A stretch of DNA of 64,000 nt from Chrysomallon squamiferum (taxonomy: Eukaryota > Animalia > Mollusca): the NCBI GenBank assembly GCA_012295275.1, contig CM022677.1, positions 16,616,001 to 16,680,000 of the forward strand. Reading direction: 5' to 3'. Shown piece after piece: positions 19,235-43,924 of this stretch. A model generated the notes under the pieces. That model had not been told where the DNA came from. It worked only from the letters and a program-made list of their open reading frames with translations, and did not search any database. The translations under genes were made by a program, and so were the position numbers. How positions within the stretch are numbered: position 1 is the first letter of the stretch; every line of letters begins with the position of its first letter.

Positions 19235-22200
19235 GACGTAAATGTACACACACTTATACATATATACGTACACACAGACGTAAATGTACACACAAGTACA
19301 GGTGCACAGACGTAAACGTACACACACTTATACATATATACGTACACACAGACGTAAATGTACACACACTTATACATATATACGTACACACAGACGTAAA
19401 TGTACACACACTATACATATATATACATATATACGTACACACAGACGTTAATGTACACACACTTATACATATATACGTACACACGTAAAGACGTAAACGT
19501 ACACACATACATAATACGTACACACAGATAAAGTACACACTGCACAGACGTAAACGTACACACACTTATACATATATATACGTACACAGATGCACAGACG
19601 TAAACGTACACACACTTATACATATATACGTACACACAGACGTAAATGTACACACACTTATACATATATACGTACACACAGACGTAAATGTACACACACT
19701 TATACATATATACGTACACACAGACGTAAACGTACACACACATAAATTATACATATATACGTACACACAGACGTAAATGTACACACACTTATATACATAT
19801 ATACGTACAGCACAGACGTAAACACAGACGTAAATGTACACACAGACATATACATATATACGTACACAGACGTTAAAGAGTATTGCACACANNNNNNNNN
19901 NNNNNNNNNNNNNNNNNNNNNNNNNNNNNNNNNNNNNNNNNNNNNNNNNNNNNNNNNNNNNNNNNNNNNNNNNNNNNNNNNNNNNNNNNNNNNNNNNNNN
20001 NNNNNNNNNNNNNNNNNNNNNNNNNNNNNNNNNNNNNNNNNNNNNNNNNNNNNNNNNNNNNNNNNNNNNNNNNNNNNNNNNNNNNNNNNNNGACGTAAAC
20101 GTATATACGTACACACTTATACATATATACGTACACACAGACGTAAATGTACACACACTTATACATATATACGTACACACAGACGTAAACGTACACACAC
20201 TTATACATATATACGTACACACAGACGTAAATGTACACACACTTATACATATATACGTACACACAGACGTAAATGTACACACACTTATACATATATACGT
20301 ACACACAGACGTAAATGTACACACACTTATACATATATACGTACACACAGACGTAAATGTACACACACATATACATATATATACATATATACGTACACAC
20401 AGACGTAAATGTACACACACTTATACATATATACGTACACACAGACGTAAATGTACACACACTTATACATATATACGTACACACAGACGTAAATGTACAC
20501 ACACTTATACATATATGTACACACAGACGTAAATGTACACACAGACGTAAATGTACACACACAGACATCTTATACATATATATACACACAGACGTAAACG
20601 TACACACACTTATACATATATACGTACACACAGACGTAAATGTACACACACTTATACATATATACGTACACACAGACGTAAACGTACACACACTTATACA
20701 TATATACGTACACACAGACGTAAATGTACACACACTTATACATATATATACGTACACACAGACGTAAACGTACACACACTTATACATATATACGTACACA
20801 CAGACGTAAATGTACACACACTTATACATATATACGTACACACAGACGTAAATGTACACACACTTATACATATATACGTACACACAGACGTAAACGTACA
20901 AATGTAAACACACACTTATACATATATACGTACACACAGACACACACACTCTATACATATATACGTACACACAGACGTAAACGTACACACACTTATACAT
21001 ATATACGTACACACAGACGTAAATGTACACACACTTATACATATATACGTACACACAGACGTAAACGTACACACAAGTACAGCTGCACAGACGTAAATGT
21101 ACACACACTTATACATATATACGTACACACAGACGTAAATGTACACACACTTATACATATATACGTACACACAGACGTAAATGTACACACACTTATACAT
21201 ATATACGTACACACAGAGTAAATGTAACAATGTACATATACGTACACACAGACGTAAATGTACACACACTTATACATATATACGTACACACAGACGTAAA
21301 CGTACACACACTTATACATATATACGTACACACAGACGTAAACGTACACACATTTATACATATATACGTACACACAGACGTAAATGTACACACATATACA
21401 TATATACGTACACACAGACGTAAACGTACACACACTTATACATATATACGTACACACAGACGTAAATGTACACACACTTATACATATATACGTACACACA
21501 GACGTAAACGTACACACACTTATACATATATACGTACACACAGACGTAAACGTACACACAAGTACAGCTGCACAGACGTAAATGTACACACACTTATACA
21601 TATATACGTACACACAGACGTAAATGTACACACACTTATACATATATACGTACACACAGACGTAAATGTACACACACTTATACATATATACGTACACACG
21701 TAAACGTAGATATAAACGTACACAGACGTACATATACTACACACAGACGTAAATGTACACACACACTTATACATATATACGTACACACACACAGACGTAA
21801 ATGTACACACACTTATACATATATACGTACACACAGACGTAAAATGTACACACACTTATAAAATGTACACACAGAGGTAAACACACATATACATATATAC
21901 ACACACAGACGTAAACGTACACACACTTATACATATATACGTACACACAGAGGTAAATGTACACACACACACGTACACATTATACATATATACGTACACA
22001 CAGACGTAAATGTACACACACTTATACATATATACGTACACACAGACGTAAACGTACACACAAGTACATACACACACGTAAATGTACACACACTTATACA
22101 TATATACGTACACACAGACGTAAACGTACACACACTTATACATATATACGTACACACAGACGTAAATGTACACACACTTATACATATATACGTACACACA

Positions 22201-25200
22201 GACGTAAATGTACACACAAGTACAGCTGCACAGACGTATATGTACGTACACACAGACGTAAATGTACACACACTTATACATATATACGTACACACAGACG
22301 TAAACACACACTTATACATATATACGTACACACAGACGTAAATGTACACACACACATATATATACAGATAAACGTACACACAGACGTAAATGTACACACA
22401 CACTTATACATATATACGTACACACAGACGTAAATGTACACACACTTATACATATATACGTACACACACTTAAACGTACATACGTACACACAGACGTAAA
22501 TGTACACACACTTATACATATATACGTACACACAGACGTAAACGTACACACACACACAGTTATACATATATACGTACACACAGACGTAAACGTACACACA
22601 AATACAGCTGCACAGACGTAAACGTACACACACTTATACATATATACGTACACACAGACGTAAATGTACACACACTTATACATATATACGTACACACAGA
22701 CGTAAATGTACACACACTTATACATATATACGTACACACAGACGTAAACGTACACACACTTATACATATATACGTACACACAGACGTAAACGTACACACA
22801 CTTATACATATATATACGTACACACAGACGTAAATGTACACACACTTATACATATATACGTACACACAGACGTAAATGTACACACACATATTATACATAA
22901 ATACACACTTATACATATATACGTACACACAGACGTAAATGTACACACAAGTACAGGTGCACAGACGTAAACGTACACACACTTATACATATATACGTAC
23001 ACACAGACGTAAATGTACACACACTTATACATATATACGTACACACAGACGTAAATGTACACACACTTATACATATATACGTACACACAGACGTAAATGT
23101 ACACACACTTATACATATATACGTACACACAGACGTAAACGTACACACACTTATACATATATACGTACACACAGACGTAAACGTACACACTTATACATAT
23201 ATACGTACACACAGACGTAAACGTACACACACTTATACATATATACGTACACACAGACGTAAATGTACACACACTTATACATATATACGTACACACAGAC
23301 GTAAATGTACACACACTTATACATATATACGTACACACAGACGTAAATGTACACACACTTATACATATATACGTACACACAGACGTAAACGTACACACAC
23401 TTATACATATATACGTACACACACTTATACATATATACGTACACACAGACGTAAATGTACACACACTTATACATATATACGTACACACAGACGTAAATGT
23501 ACACACACTTATACATATATACGTACACACAGACGTAAATGTACACACACTTATACATATATACGTACACATAGAGGTAAACGTACACACACTTATACAT
23601 ATATACGTACACACAGACGTAAATGTACACACACTTATACATATATACGTACACATAGAGGTAAACGTACACACACTTATACATATATACGTACACACAG
23701 ACGTAAATGTACACACACTTATACATATATACGTACACACAGACGTAAATGTACACACACTTATACATATATACGTACACACAGACGTAAATGTACACAC
23801 ACTTATACATATATACGTACACACAGACGTAAATGTACACACACTTATACATATATATATACGTACACACAGACGTAAACGTACACACACTTATACATAT
23901 ATACGTACACACAGACGTAAATGTACACACACTTATACATATATACGTACACATAGAGGTAAACGTACACACACTTATACATATATACGTACACACAGAC
24001 GTAAATGTACACACACTTATACATATATACGTACACACAGACGTAAACGTACACACAAGTACAGCTGCACAGACGTAAATGTACACACACTTATACATAT
24101 ATACGTACACACAGACGTAAATGTACACACACTTATACATATATACGTACACACAGACGTAAATGTACACACACTTATACATATATACGTACACACAGAC
24201 GTAAATGTACACACACTTATACATATATACGTACACACAGACGTAAACGTACACACACTTATACATATATACGTACACACAGACGTAAATGTACACACAC
24301 TTATACATATATACGTACACACAGACGTAAATGTACACACACTTATACATATATACGTACACACAGACGTAAACGTACACACACTTATACATATATACGT
24401 ACACACAGACGTAAATGTACACACACTTATACATATATACGTACACACAGACGTAAATGTACACACACACTTATACATATATACGTACACACAGACGTAA
24501 ATGTACACACACACAGACGTAAATGTACACACATACATATATATACGTACACACAGACGTAAATGTACACACACTTATACATATATACGTACACACAGAC
24601 GTAAATGTACACACACTTATACATATATACGTACACACAGACGTAAATGTACACACACTTATACATATATACGTACACACAGACGTACACTGCAAACGTA
24701 AACGTACACACACTTATACATATATACGTACACACAGACGTAAATGTACACACACTTATACATATATACGTACACACAGACGTAAACGTACACACACTTA
24801 TACATATATATATATACGTACACAGACGTAAACGTACACACACTTATACATATATACGTACACACAGACGTAAACGTACACACACTTATACATATATACG
24901 TACACACAGACGTAAACGTACACACACTTATACATATATACGTACACACAGACGTAAATGTACACACACTTATACATATATACGTACACACAGACGTAAA
25001 TGTACACACACTTATACATATATACGTACACACAGACGTAAACGTACACACAAGTACAGCTGCACAGACGTAAATGTACACACACTTATACATATATACG
25101 TACACACAGAGGTAAACGTACACACACTTAAACGTACACACAGTAAACACACATTTTATACATATATACGTACACACAGACGTAAACGTACACACACTTA

Positions 25201-27459
25201 TACATATATACGTACACACAGACGTAAACGTACACACTTATACATATATACTTACACACAGACGTAAATGTACACACACTTATACATATATACGTACACA
25301 CAGACGTAAACGTACACACTTATACATATATACGTACACACAGACGTACACACTGCAGACGTAAAGTACACACACTTATACGTAAACGTACACACAGACG
25401 TAAACTTATACATATATACGTACACACAGACGTAAATGTACACACACTTATACATATATACGTACACACAGACGTAAACGTACACACACTTATACATATA
25501 TACGTACACACAGACGTAAACGTACACACAAGTACACACAGACGTACACACACTTATACATATATACGTACAATGTAAACACACACTTATACATATATAC
25601 GTACACACAGACGTAAATGTACACACACTTATACATATATACGTACACACAGACGTAAATGTACACACACTTATACATATATACGTACACACACTTATAC
25701 ATATATACGTACACATAGAGGTAAACGTACACACACTTATACATATATACGTACAGATAAATATACACACACACACTTATACATATATACGTACACACAG
25801 ACGTAAATGTACACACACTTATACATATATACGTACACACAGACGTAAACGTACACACACTTATACATATATACGTACACACAGACGTAAATGTACACAC
25901 AAGTACAGCTGCACTTATACATATATATATACGTACACACAGACGTAAACGTACACACACTTATTATACATATATACGTACTGTACACACAGACGTAAAT
26001 GTACACACACTTATACATATATACGTACACACAGAGGTAAACGTACACACACTTATACATATATACGTACACACAGACGTAAATGTAAACACAAGTATAC
26101 ACATATACGTTATACATATATACTTATACACAGTACACACAGACGTAAATGTACACACACTTATACATATATACGTACACACAGACGTAAATGTACACAC
26201 ACTTATACATATATACGTACACACAGACGTAAACGTACACACACTTATACATATATACGTACACACAGACGTAAACGTACACACTTATACATATATACGT
26301 ACACACAGACGTAAATGTACACACACTTATACATATATACGTACACACAGACGTAAACGTACACACACTTATATATACGTACACACAGACGTAAACGTAC
26401 ACACACACTTATACATATATATGTACACACAGACGTAAACGTACACATACATATATACGTACACACTTATACATATATATACGTACACACATACGTAAAT
26501 GTACACACACACTTATACATATATACGTACACACAGACGTAAATGTACACACAGACGTAAATGTACACACACTTATACATATATACGTACACATAGAGGT
26601 AAACGTACACACACTTATACATATATACGTACACACAGACGTAAATGTACACACACTTATACATATATACGTACACACAGACGTAAATGTACACACAAGT
26701 ACAGCTGCACAGACGTAAACGTACACACACTTATACATATATACGTACACACAGACGTAAATGTACACACACTTATACATATATACGTACACACAGACGT
26801 TAATGTACACACACTTATACATATATACGTACACACAGACGTAAACGTACACACATACAGCTGCACAGACGTAAACGTACACACACTTATACATATATAC
26901 GTACACACAGACGTAAATGTACACACACTTATACATATATACGTACACATAGAGGTAAACGTACACACACTTATACATATATACGTACACACAGACGTAA
27001 ATGTACACACAAGTACAGCTGCACAGACGTAAATGTACACACACTTATACATATATACGTACACACAGACGTAAATGTACACGCACTTATACATATATAC
27101 GTACACACAGACGTAAATGTACACACACTTATACATATATACGTACACACAGACATAAACGTACACACACTTATACATATATACGTACACACAGACGTAA
27201 ATGTACACACATTTATACATATATACGTACACATAGAGGTAAACGTACACACACTTATACATATATACGTACACACAGACGTAAACGTACACACTTATAC
27301 ACATATACTTACACACAGACGTAAATTTACACACACTTATACATATATACGTACACTCAGACGTAAACGTTCACACACTTATACATATGTACGTCCACAC
27401 AGACGTAAACGTACACACACATTCAGCTGCACAGACGTAAATGTTCACACACACTTATG

Positions 27460-27460
<1 letters not shown>
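19235..27460 (+). repeat. 42-bp minisatellite ACACACAGACGTAAA(T/C)GTACACACACTTATACATATATACGT, ~8 kb including a gap
   Basis: Read directly. The 14-aa periodic ORFs (VCTFTSVCTYICIS, CVYIYVCVYVYMYK) confirm the 42-nt period. Recurrent variants include AAGTACAGCTGCAC and ACATAGAGGTAAAC. Confidence 0.97.
19892..20091. other. Assembly gap (200 N)
   Basis: Run of exactly 200 N inside the minisatellite. Confidence 0.99.
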
Positions 27461-35200
<7,740 letters not shown>

Positions 35201-35616
35201 GATCAATCGATTTCGTGATATAGCGTCATTGATTACAGCTATTTCCTTTATATAATCACCTACTAACAACAACAACAACGACAACAACAATAATAATAAT
35301 AATAGTAATAATAATAATAATAAGAAGAAGAAGAAGAAGAAGAATTAATGAATAAATAATAATAAAAAGAAATGAACGAAATATTGTAGCTACTACACAT
35401 AGAAACAAATATCAGAAAATCCTTTCACCAATTCATTTGAAAGTATTTTGACGTCACAACCTTATTGACGTAGGACTACTGTTGACGTCAAATTCTGGTC
35501 ATTAACATTGGAGACATTTAAGGTTCCGTGAATTTCATTTTTAAATCAGGTTAAAGCACAATATATTTTTAAATGACCTGTTTCTTCTTCTTCTTCTTCT
35601 TCTTTTTCTTCTTCTT

Positions 35617-35647
<31 letters not shown>

Positions 35648-35842
35648 ATGCCTGAGGGGGATGTTTTGATAATTGCGAGGGTGAAATCAATCAGTCACGT
35701 GATTAAACGTTTTTCATCTGAATTTTAATTTTAGTGTACTTATTTTTTTTTTTTTTATTTTTTTTTTTTTTTTATTATTTCTTCAGTCAGTGAACTATTG
35801 TTGTTACATTTTACATAATGAGAGATAGGTAGACATATAGAA

Positions 35843-35956
<114 letters not shown>

Positions 35957-36389
35957 CATCTGTTAGTGTTTCTGTCACTCATCCTCTGTGTGCATGTCTG
36001 TCTGTCTGTTTGTCTGTATGTATGGCTAGATATCAAAAAGTCATGGTATGTACTGTCATGGTCTATGAGGCGGTTCAAATAAAAAAAAAGAAGTACAGGT
36101 CTAATGATGATGTCTTCCTTGTCTGTTATCTGAATGATTAAAAATAAAACTGATATCATGTACGACTGCTAATAAAGTTTTGCCATAGAATATCTACATC
36201 CACTCCTACAAAAAAAACTATTAGTTACTTTAACAACCATACAACATAATGTAACAGTTTCAAATCACAGTTATAAAAGCTGAAACTTAAAATAAAACTT
36301 GTTCCAATTTCTATGATATTTTAAAACACGGAGTGGTGTGTTGTAATTTCCACCACGTGTTTTCGCGTCCCGGATCTGATTTCTTTGTC

Positions 36390-36786
36390 GGTGTCTTCCC
36401 ATCTGGTAGAATTCCCATTTCGTATAATTCCCATTTCGTAGAAAAAAACTCGTCTACCGCAATACCTGATTACCTCTGTATATAATGAACTTGGCCTATG
36501 CATACATCTGGTTTCTTTCTAACATTCAGAGGCGGAGCGCATTGTTCCTAAATCGATTATGTAACATCAACCGAAAGCAGAATAAGCATTCACTGCTCAT
36601 TTGTTGTAGATTTGTTACTTTTTCATTATTATCATCATCATCATCTTCCTTTTCATTATCATCATCATTATCATCATCATCAACATTATTATTATTATAA
36701 TATTATTACTATTATTGTTATTGTAGTTATTATTATTATTGTTATTGTTATTATTATTATTAGTATTCTTCTTATTTTTTTTATTC

Positions 36787-36839
<53 letters not shown>

Positions 36840-38194
36840 TAAACTAGTCATTTCTTATTCATAAACATTTCCTTTCCGTTACAAAACAAGCGACAAATAA
36901 TAAACAATTTTACATCAATTTCATTTATCTATTCACAAAATAAATAACAGAAATTAAAATAAAAGAAAAGAAAAAAAAAAACCGGCATGATGTGTTTTTT
37001 GTTAATATTATAAATAACTAATTTTATTCAGCAATATAATTTAAAAAAAAAAAAAACATATTTTACGTACGAGTACTTTACTTATATTCAGTAAATAGAA
37101 TATGTGAACGTTACATTTATCATTAACTGTTCGAATTAAACCATATTCAGCTTAAACATGTTCAAGATATATGTTTCTGAGCATATTTACGTTATGCAGA
37201 CATTCATATTCACATTGTGGACATATTATACAATATATGTGACATAGTATATTAACAATATGTACACTAAAGATATTATAACCTGCAAATACTTTGGCTA
37301 TGACTGAAAAAGTTTATAAGAAGGACCAAATCATTAGGAATACTTTTAGATGAATACCTTCTTTTTTAATTATTTACATTCACTTCATTCGATGCAAGGA
37401 TTATTTCGATATTTGTCATATTTGCATACTTTATGCGATAAGCGATATCCATACTACAATAATACCTCAGATTAAAGATGTAATTGGTTCCAAAATTTCC
37501 GATAGTTAAGTGAGGTAAGCGGGAGACTAATTTACATAGAATTAAGGTTAAAAGCAGTGGTTACTTTCTCGCTGTTGAAATTTGACAAAAAAAAAAAAAA
37601 AATAGAAATAAAAATAAAAGTGAAATAAGGAGGAATAAAACAGCAGTTTAGACATAAATAATTGAAAAGATTATAGATATTAAGTAAACAGTAAATCATT
37701 TACAAATCAGTTTATACAAATACATTAAGAAATAATTATATGCCGCTCACTGTGGGTTTTGGTTTCATTTAAGATAATGTATTTTGTTTTTAAACTTATT
37801 GTCTTCCGTTTATTTTTATCATCAGCATTTGCCGGTATACTGTTATTCATTTTGAGGTACTGGAAGGGTAAATTACAAAGGAGTTTAAGTCTAAATCGAA
37901 GCAGAAGAGAAAAGAGAATCAGGATATCAGATGCACCTATGACGTGTCAACTGATCAACACAGCTGTGAGAAGCTTGTGAATGAATGAAAATGTAATTTG
38001 TAAAGAAAAAAGATCGTTAAAGCAGGGTATAATTAAGCGAAATATTACTGTATTTGTACAATAATAATCGCTTTCTCAAATAATCTGGAACAGTTCATTA
38101 TAACGACTGAGGTAAAGATATGCATGTCAATAAGACCACTGAACCACATTTAGCCTTTCGACGAACTGGGAATTCTACCAGATGGGAGTAAGCC
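36390..38194. mobile_element. Non-autonomous TIR DNA transposon, Mutator/MULE-like, 1805 bp
   Basis: Left end GGTGTCTTCCCATCTGGTAGAATTCCCATTTCGT; right end reverse complement GGCTTACTCCCATCTGGTAGAATTCCCAGTTCGT. 9-bp TSD TTCTTTGTC (36381-36389) / CTCTTTGTC (38195-38203). The empty site TGATCTCTTTGTCAGTT is present in other module B copies. No transposase ORF. Confidence 0.85.
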
Positions 38195-39614
38195 CTCTTT
38201 GTCAGTTATTACTTGTTGCTAGGCAACTAACTGTGTGCTTAGAGCTGTTAACGTGCATGCTGTGGTGGTGTGTGGCATATGTTATGACGTCACAGCGTCG
38301 TTAAAGAAGTAATCCACTGACTGATGAAGAAAAAAAAATCGGAATCAAATGTCAGGGGTCAAGTACCCGAAGATTTCGGTCGCTGGGTCATAACTACGTC
38401 ATAAAATGGCGCGAAGGACAACATAACCACCGAGTTAAAGACTGTTAGCCAAAAGTGTCTTCTGCTTCTTGTTACGATGTCGTCTGCTTGTCGTTACGAT
38501 GTCGTTTGAAGTCTCTCGTAAAAACAAAATCACTGTGTCGTCGTTTTGTTTACCAAATACACGTGCGTAATTTTTGACGCCTAAATTTGAACTCTGAATA
38601 ACAAACTCGTGAAGAGATGTATTTACTTATATGCATTCTGTTGATTAATGTCTTCATATTAAAGCTAAAAACATCATTTATATGTTAAAACCAGTAAGAC
38701 AAGAACAAATTTGAATAAACGTTATCTAAGTATTTGCATTATAACGGTGAAAATTGTGTGTATTTTTGTTATTTGTTTTTGAACTGATTCAGGGGAATGT
38801 TGCTAGGTAGCCAGGGAGTCGTTGATCTTGACAACAAGAACGACAACTCGTATCAACTCTTCACTGCAGACCGTCTTACTTTCTCTGTTACTGATCTTGT
38901 AACTAAAACTAATTTTAAATCAAATTACTTAAACACTTAAAAAGATGTTTCTAAATTTATTTATTCATTGTTCATTTATTTATTTATATTTTTATTTATG
39001 AATTTACCTTTTGTTTAGTTGTTACATATATCAGATTAGTTTTGTTTGCTGTCTGAAGAAATTTATGTTCTAATTTTATTAATTCCTTACCGAGTAGACT
39101 GCCAGTGAAATTGTTTTGCACTTAAGTTATGATAATATTTTTATTTTCAGAGAAAAATGATATCATCATAAATTATTAAATAAATGAAAGCTGACTTAAA
39201 TTTGCACTTGATATCCAAAAGGTGATAAAAGTTTATTTATGTATTTCTTTCTTTATTTCTTTATTTTTATTGTGTATTTATTTTTATTAATTTATTTATA
39301 TTTTTGTATGATCTATTAATTTTTGTTTCCTAACGTCGTTGAGGTGACTTACAGTAAAAACTTTCTCCTTTTCTCTCTATCTTTCTTATCCAACCTTTCT
39401 CTCTATTTTTCTCTCTCTCATTCTTTCTCTGTCTTCCTACTTCTCTCTCTCTTTCTTTTATTACTTTATTCTTCTCACTGTTTGCCTTTCTTTCTCTCTC
39501 TCTTTCGGTCACTCTCTTTCTGTCACTCTCTCTTTCTCTCTATTTTCCTGTCACTATCTTTTTCTGTCATTCTCTCTCTCTCCATGTCTCTGTATCTCTC
39601 TCTCTATCTTTCGT

Positions 39615-39711
<97 letters not shown>

Positions 39712-40409
39712 CTATATGTCTGTCTATCGCTCATTATATAAAATGTAACAAAATAGTTCACTGATGGAATAAATAACAAAACAAATAGTAAACTAAAATT
39801 AATTTCAGATGAAAAACGTTTGACCAATTGATTCCCCCCCCCCGGATTACGAAAACATCCCCGTCGGCAAATCCCTGGTTGATAATCTAAATGTCCACCC
39901 AGTAACGTGTCAAGTTGAAATTTATATTTTAATCAATAAGTGAAATTTGTCCGAGCAATAAAAAAGCGTGTTAGAATTTACATTTCGATTCGTTATTACA
40001 TACATCAGATTTGTTTTGTTTACCGTCAGAAGAAATTTATGTTCTAATTTTATTAATTCCTTATCGAGTAGACTGACAGTGAAATTGTTTTGCACTTAAG
40101 TTATGGTAATATTTTTTTAGAGAGAAAAAAAATGATATCATCATAAATTATTAAATAAATGAATTTTGACAAAGAGTGAATGAAATTTGCACGTGTGATC
40201 AAAAAGGGGTTAATAGGTAGTGGAAGTTTATTAATTAATTCATTCATTCATTCATTTACTTACTTACTTAAATTTTAAATTAATTTAATAGCTAGTCAGC
40301 TACAGGACTGATATAAAAAATTCACATAGATACCTACTTCTATATGTCTGTCTAACAAAGGATGTATTTCACTAGGTAGGTATAAACATAGAGGTAGATA
40401 TAGATAGAT

Positions 40410-40508
<99 letters not shown>

Positions 40509-41770
40509 AGATCGTGTATCTGTCAGTCATTGTCTGTCAGCGTCTGTCAGTATGTTTGTCTGTGTGTATCGCTAGATATAAAAAAAATCGTGGTATCTGC
40601 TGTTCTGTCTAAGGTCTAACAATGATGTCTTTCCTCTCTCTTGTCAGAATCAGTAATAATAAAACTAACAAAGTTTCACGTTAGAATATCTACATCCACT
40701 CCTATTAACAAAACTGTCAGTTACTTTGACAACCACATAACATAATGTGACAGTTTCACATCACAGTTATAAAAGCTAAAACAAAAATGAAATTCGTTAC
40801 AAACACGGAGTGGTGTGTTGTAATTTCCACCACGTGTTTTCGCGTCACGGCCTTGATCTCTTTGTCAGTTATTACTTGTTGCTACGCAACTGACTGAGTG
40901 CTTGGAGCTGTTAACGTGCATGCTTTGGTACTGTGTGGCAAGTTCCGGCATGTGCTATGACGTCATACATTCGTAAAAGAAATAATTCATTGCCTGTCGA
41001 AGAAAAAAAAAAAAATTTCAGGGGCCAAGTTCCCGAAGATGTCGGTCGCTAGATCATAACTACGTCATAAAATGGCGCGAAGGACAACGTGACCACTGAG
41101 TTAACGACTGTTAGCCAAAAGTGTCGTCTGCTTCTTGTTACGATGTCGTTTGAAGTCTCTCGTAGAAATGAAAATCACAGTGTCCTTGTTTTGTTTACCA
41201 AAATACACGTGCGTAAAGTTGACTCCTAAATTTGAACTCTGAATAAGAAATTGTTGAGCAGATATATTAACTTATATGTATTCTGTTGATTACTTATCTT
41301 TTTGTTTTCTTTATTATTACAGAAAAAATGTATTGATATTAAAACCAAGTCCATCATTTATATGTCAAAACCAACAAGACAAGAACAAATTTGAAGAAAC
41401 GTTATCTAAATATTGGTATTATAACAGTGAAAGTTTTGTTTATTTATCTAAGCTGGTTTGTTGTTTATAGTGTAATGAGTATTCCATTGAGTTTATTGCT
41501 TGCACCCAGTTTTGAACTGTGACAGTATATATATACACCTCTAAACATGTTTTCCTTAAATATCAATATTGCCTCTGTAATTTTAAAAAGTAATTTTTGA
41601 ACAAGAGTCACAAAGTGCAGAAGGTGTTATATTTCTGGAGCCTGGCGTTAAATAAATAAATAAATTAGTGGGGTTTTTTTTTGTTTGTTTTTTTAAATTA
41701 TCAGTAGTAAGAGTAAAACAGGTTTCATGGGGAAGCTTTTGTCTGTTTTACAAGTAAACGTAGCATACAG

Positions 41771-41862
<92 letters not shown>

Positions 41863-43847
41863 CAAAGAGAGATATACAAAAACAATGAAAGACCGAAACA
41901 GCTGAAAAGTGATATTGAGACGAAAAGTGAGTCACAGAAACAGAGACAAAAAAAGTCACAGAAAGACAGAAGAAGAAAACAAAAGTGATGTACGCAAAGA
42001 GGCAAATACTAACTCGAACTGAACGTAGAGTCATCAACCTAAACTAAAAGCTGATTAAAACAGATTCAAATCTACGAACGATAGGGGTGCGGAAAGAGCA
42101 GGTAATCCATCTGTTCGTTGCCTAGCAACAATTCGAAAATATGGTTTAGCCGATGACAGGAACTTAAAATCACGTGCCGGAAGTCAGAAGGGACCATTCC
42201 TTGTTTCAGTTCATCAGAAAACTGTTTTTATTTTATATAACTATGCACGGAAATTGATATCTTGTTTTCCTATAGCGTACTGTATTTATACAATAATAAT
42301 CGCTTTCCAAATAATCTGGAACAGTTCATTATAACGACTGAGGTAAAGACATGCATGTCAATAAGACCACTGAACCACATTTAGCCTTTCGACTAAATGG
42401 GAATTCTACCAATTGGGAGTAAGCCCTCTTTGTCAGTTATTACTTGTTGCTACGCAACTAACTGTGTGCTTAGAGATGTTAACGTGCACGCTGTGGTGGT
42501 GTGTGTCATGTGTTATGACGTCACAGCGTCGTAAAAGAAGTAATCCACTGACTGATGAAGAAAAAAGAAATCGGAAACAAATTTCAGGGGTCAAGCTCCC
42601 GTAAATATCGGTCGCTAGGTCATAACTACGTCATAAAATGGCGCGAAGGACAACATAACCACCGAGTTAAAGACTGTTAGCCAAAAGTGTCGTCTGCTTC
42701 TTGTTACGATGTCGTCTGCTTGTCGTTACGATGTCGTTTGAAGTCTCTCGTAAAAAACAAAATCACTGTGTTGTCGTTTTTTTTACCAAATACACGTGCG
42801 TAATTTTTGACGCCTAAATTTGAACTCTGAATAACAAACTGGTGAGCAGATGTATTTACTTATAAGTATTCTGTTGATTAATGTCTTCATATTAAAGCTA
42901 AATACATCATTTATATGTTAAAACCTATAAGACAAGAACAAATTTGAATAAACGTTATCTAAGTATTTGCATTATAACGGTGAAAATTGTGTGTATTTTT
43001 GTTATTTGTTTTTGAACTGATTCAGGGGAATGTTGCTAGGTAGCCAGGGAGTCGTTGATCTTGACAACAAGAACGACAACTCGTATTAACTCTTCACTGC
43101 AGACCGTCTTACTTTCTCTGTTACTGATCTTGTAATTAAAACTAATTTTAAATCAAATTACTTAAACACGTAAAAAGATGTTTCTAAATTTATTTATTCA
43201 TTGTTCATTTATTTATTTATATTTTTATTTATGTATTTACCTTTTGTTTAGTTGTTACATATATCAGATTAGTTTTGTTTGCTGTCTGAAGAAATTTATG
43301 TTCTAATTTTATTAATTCCTTACCGAGTAGACTGCCAGTGAAATTGTTTTGCACTTAAGTTATGATAACATTTTTATTTTCAGAGAAAAATGATATCATC
43401 ATAAATTATTAAATAAATGAAAGCTGACTTAAAGTTGCACTTGATATCCAAAAGGTGATAAAAGTTTATTTATGTATTTCTTTCTTTATTTCTTTATTTT
43501 TATTGTGTATTTATTTTTATTAATTTATTTATATTTTTGTATGATCTATTAATTTTTGTTTCCTAACGTCGTTGAGGTGACTTACAGTAAAAACTTTCTC
43601 CTTTTCTCTCTATCATTCTTATCCAAACTTTCTCTCTATTTTTCTCTCTCTCATTCTTTCTCTGTCTTCCTACTTCACTCTCTCTTTCTTTTATCACTTT
43701 CTTCTTCTCACTGTTTGCCTTTCTTTCTCTCTCTCTTTCGGTCACTCTCTTTCTGTCACTCTCTCTTTCTCTCTATTTTCCTGTCACTCTCTTTTTCTGT
43801 CATTCTCTCTCTCTCCATGTCTCTGTATCTCTCTCTCTATCTTTCGT

Positions 43848-43924
<77 letters not shown>

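Noticed and set aside
37759-37980. Transposase remnant or captured exon inside the TIR element
   Set aside because: Only short open frames with no recognisable DDE or MULE motif; a tBLASTx search would be needed.
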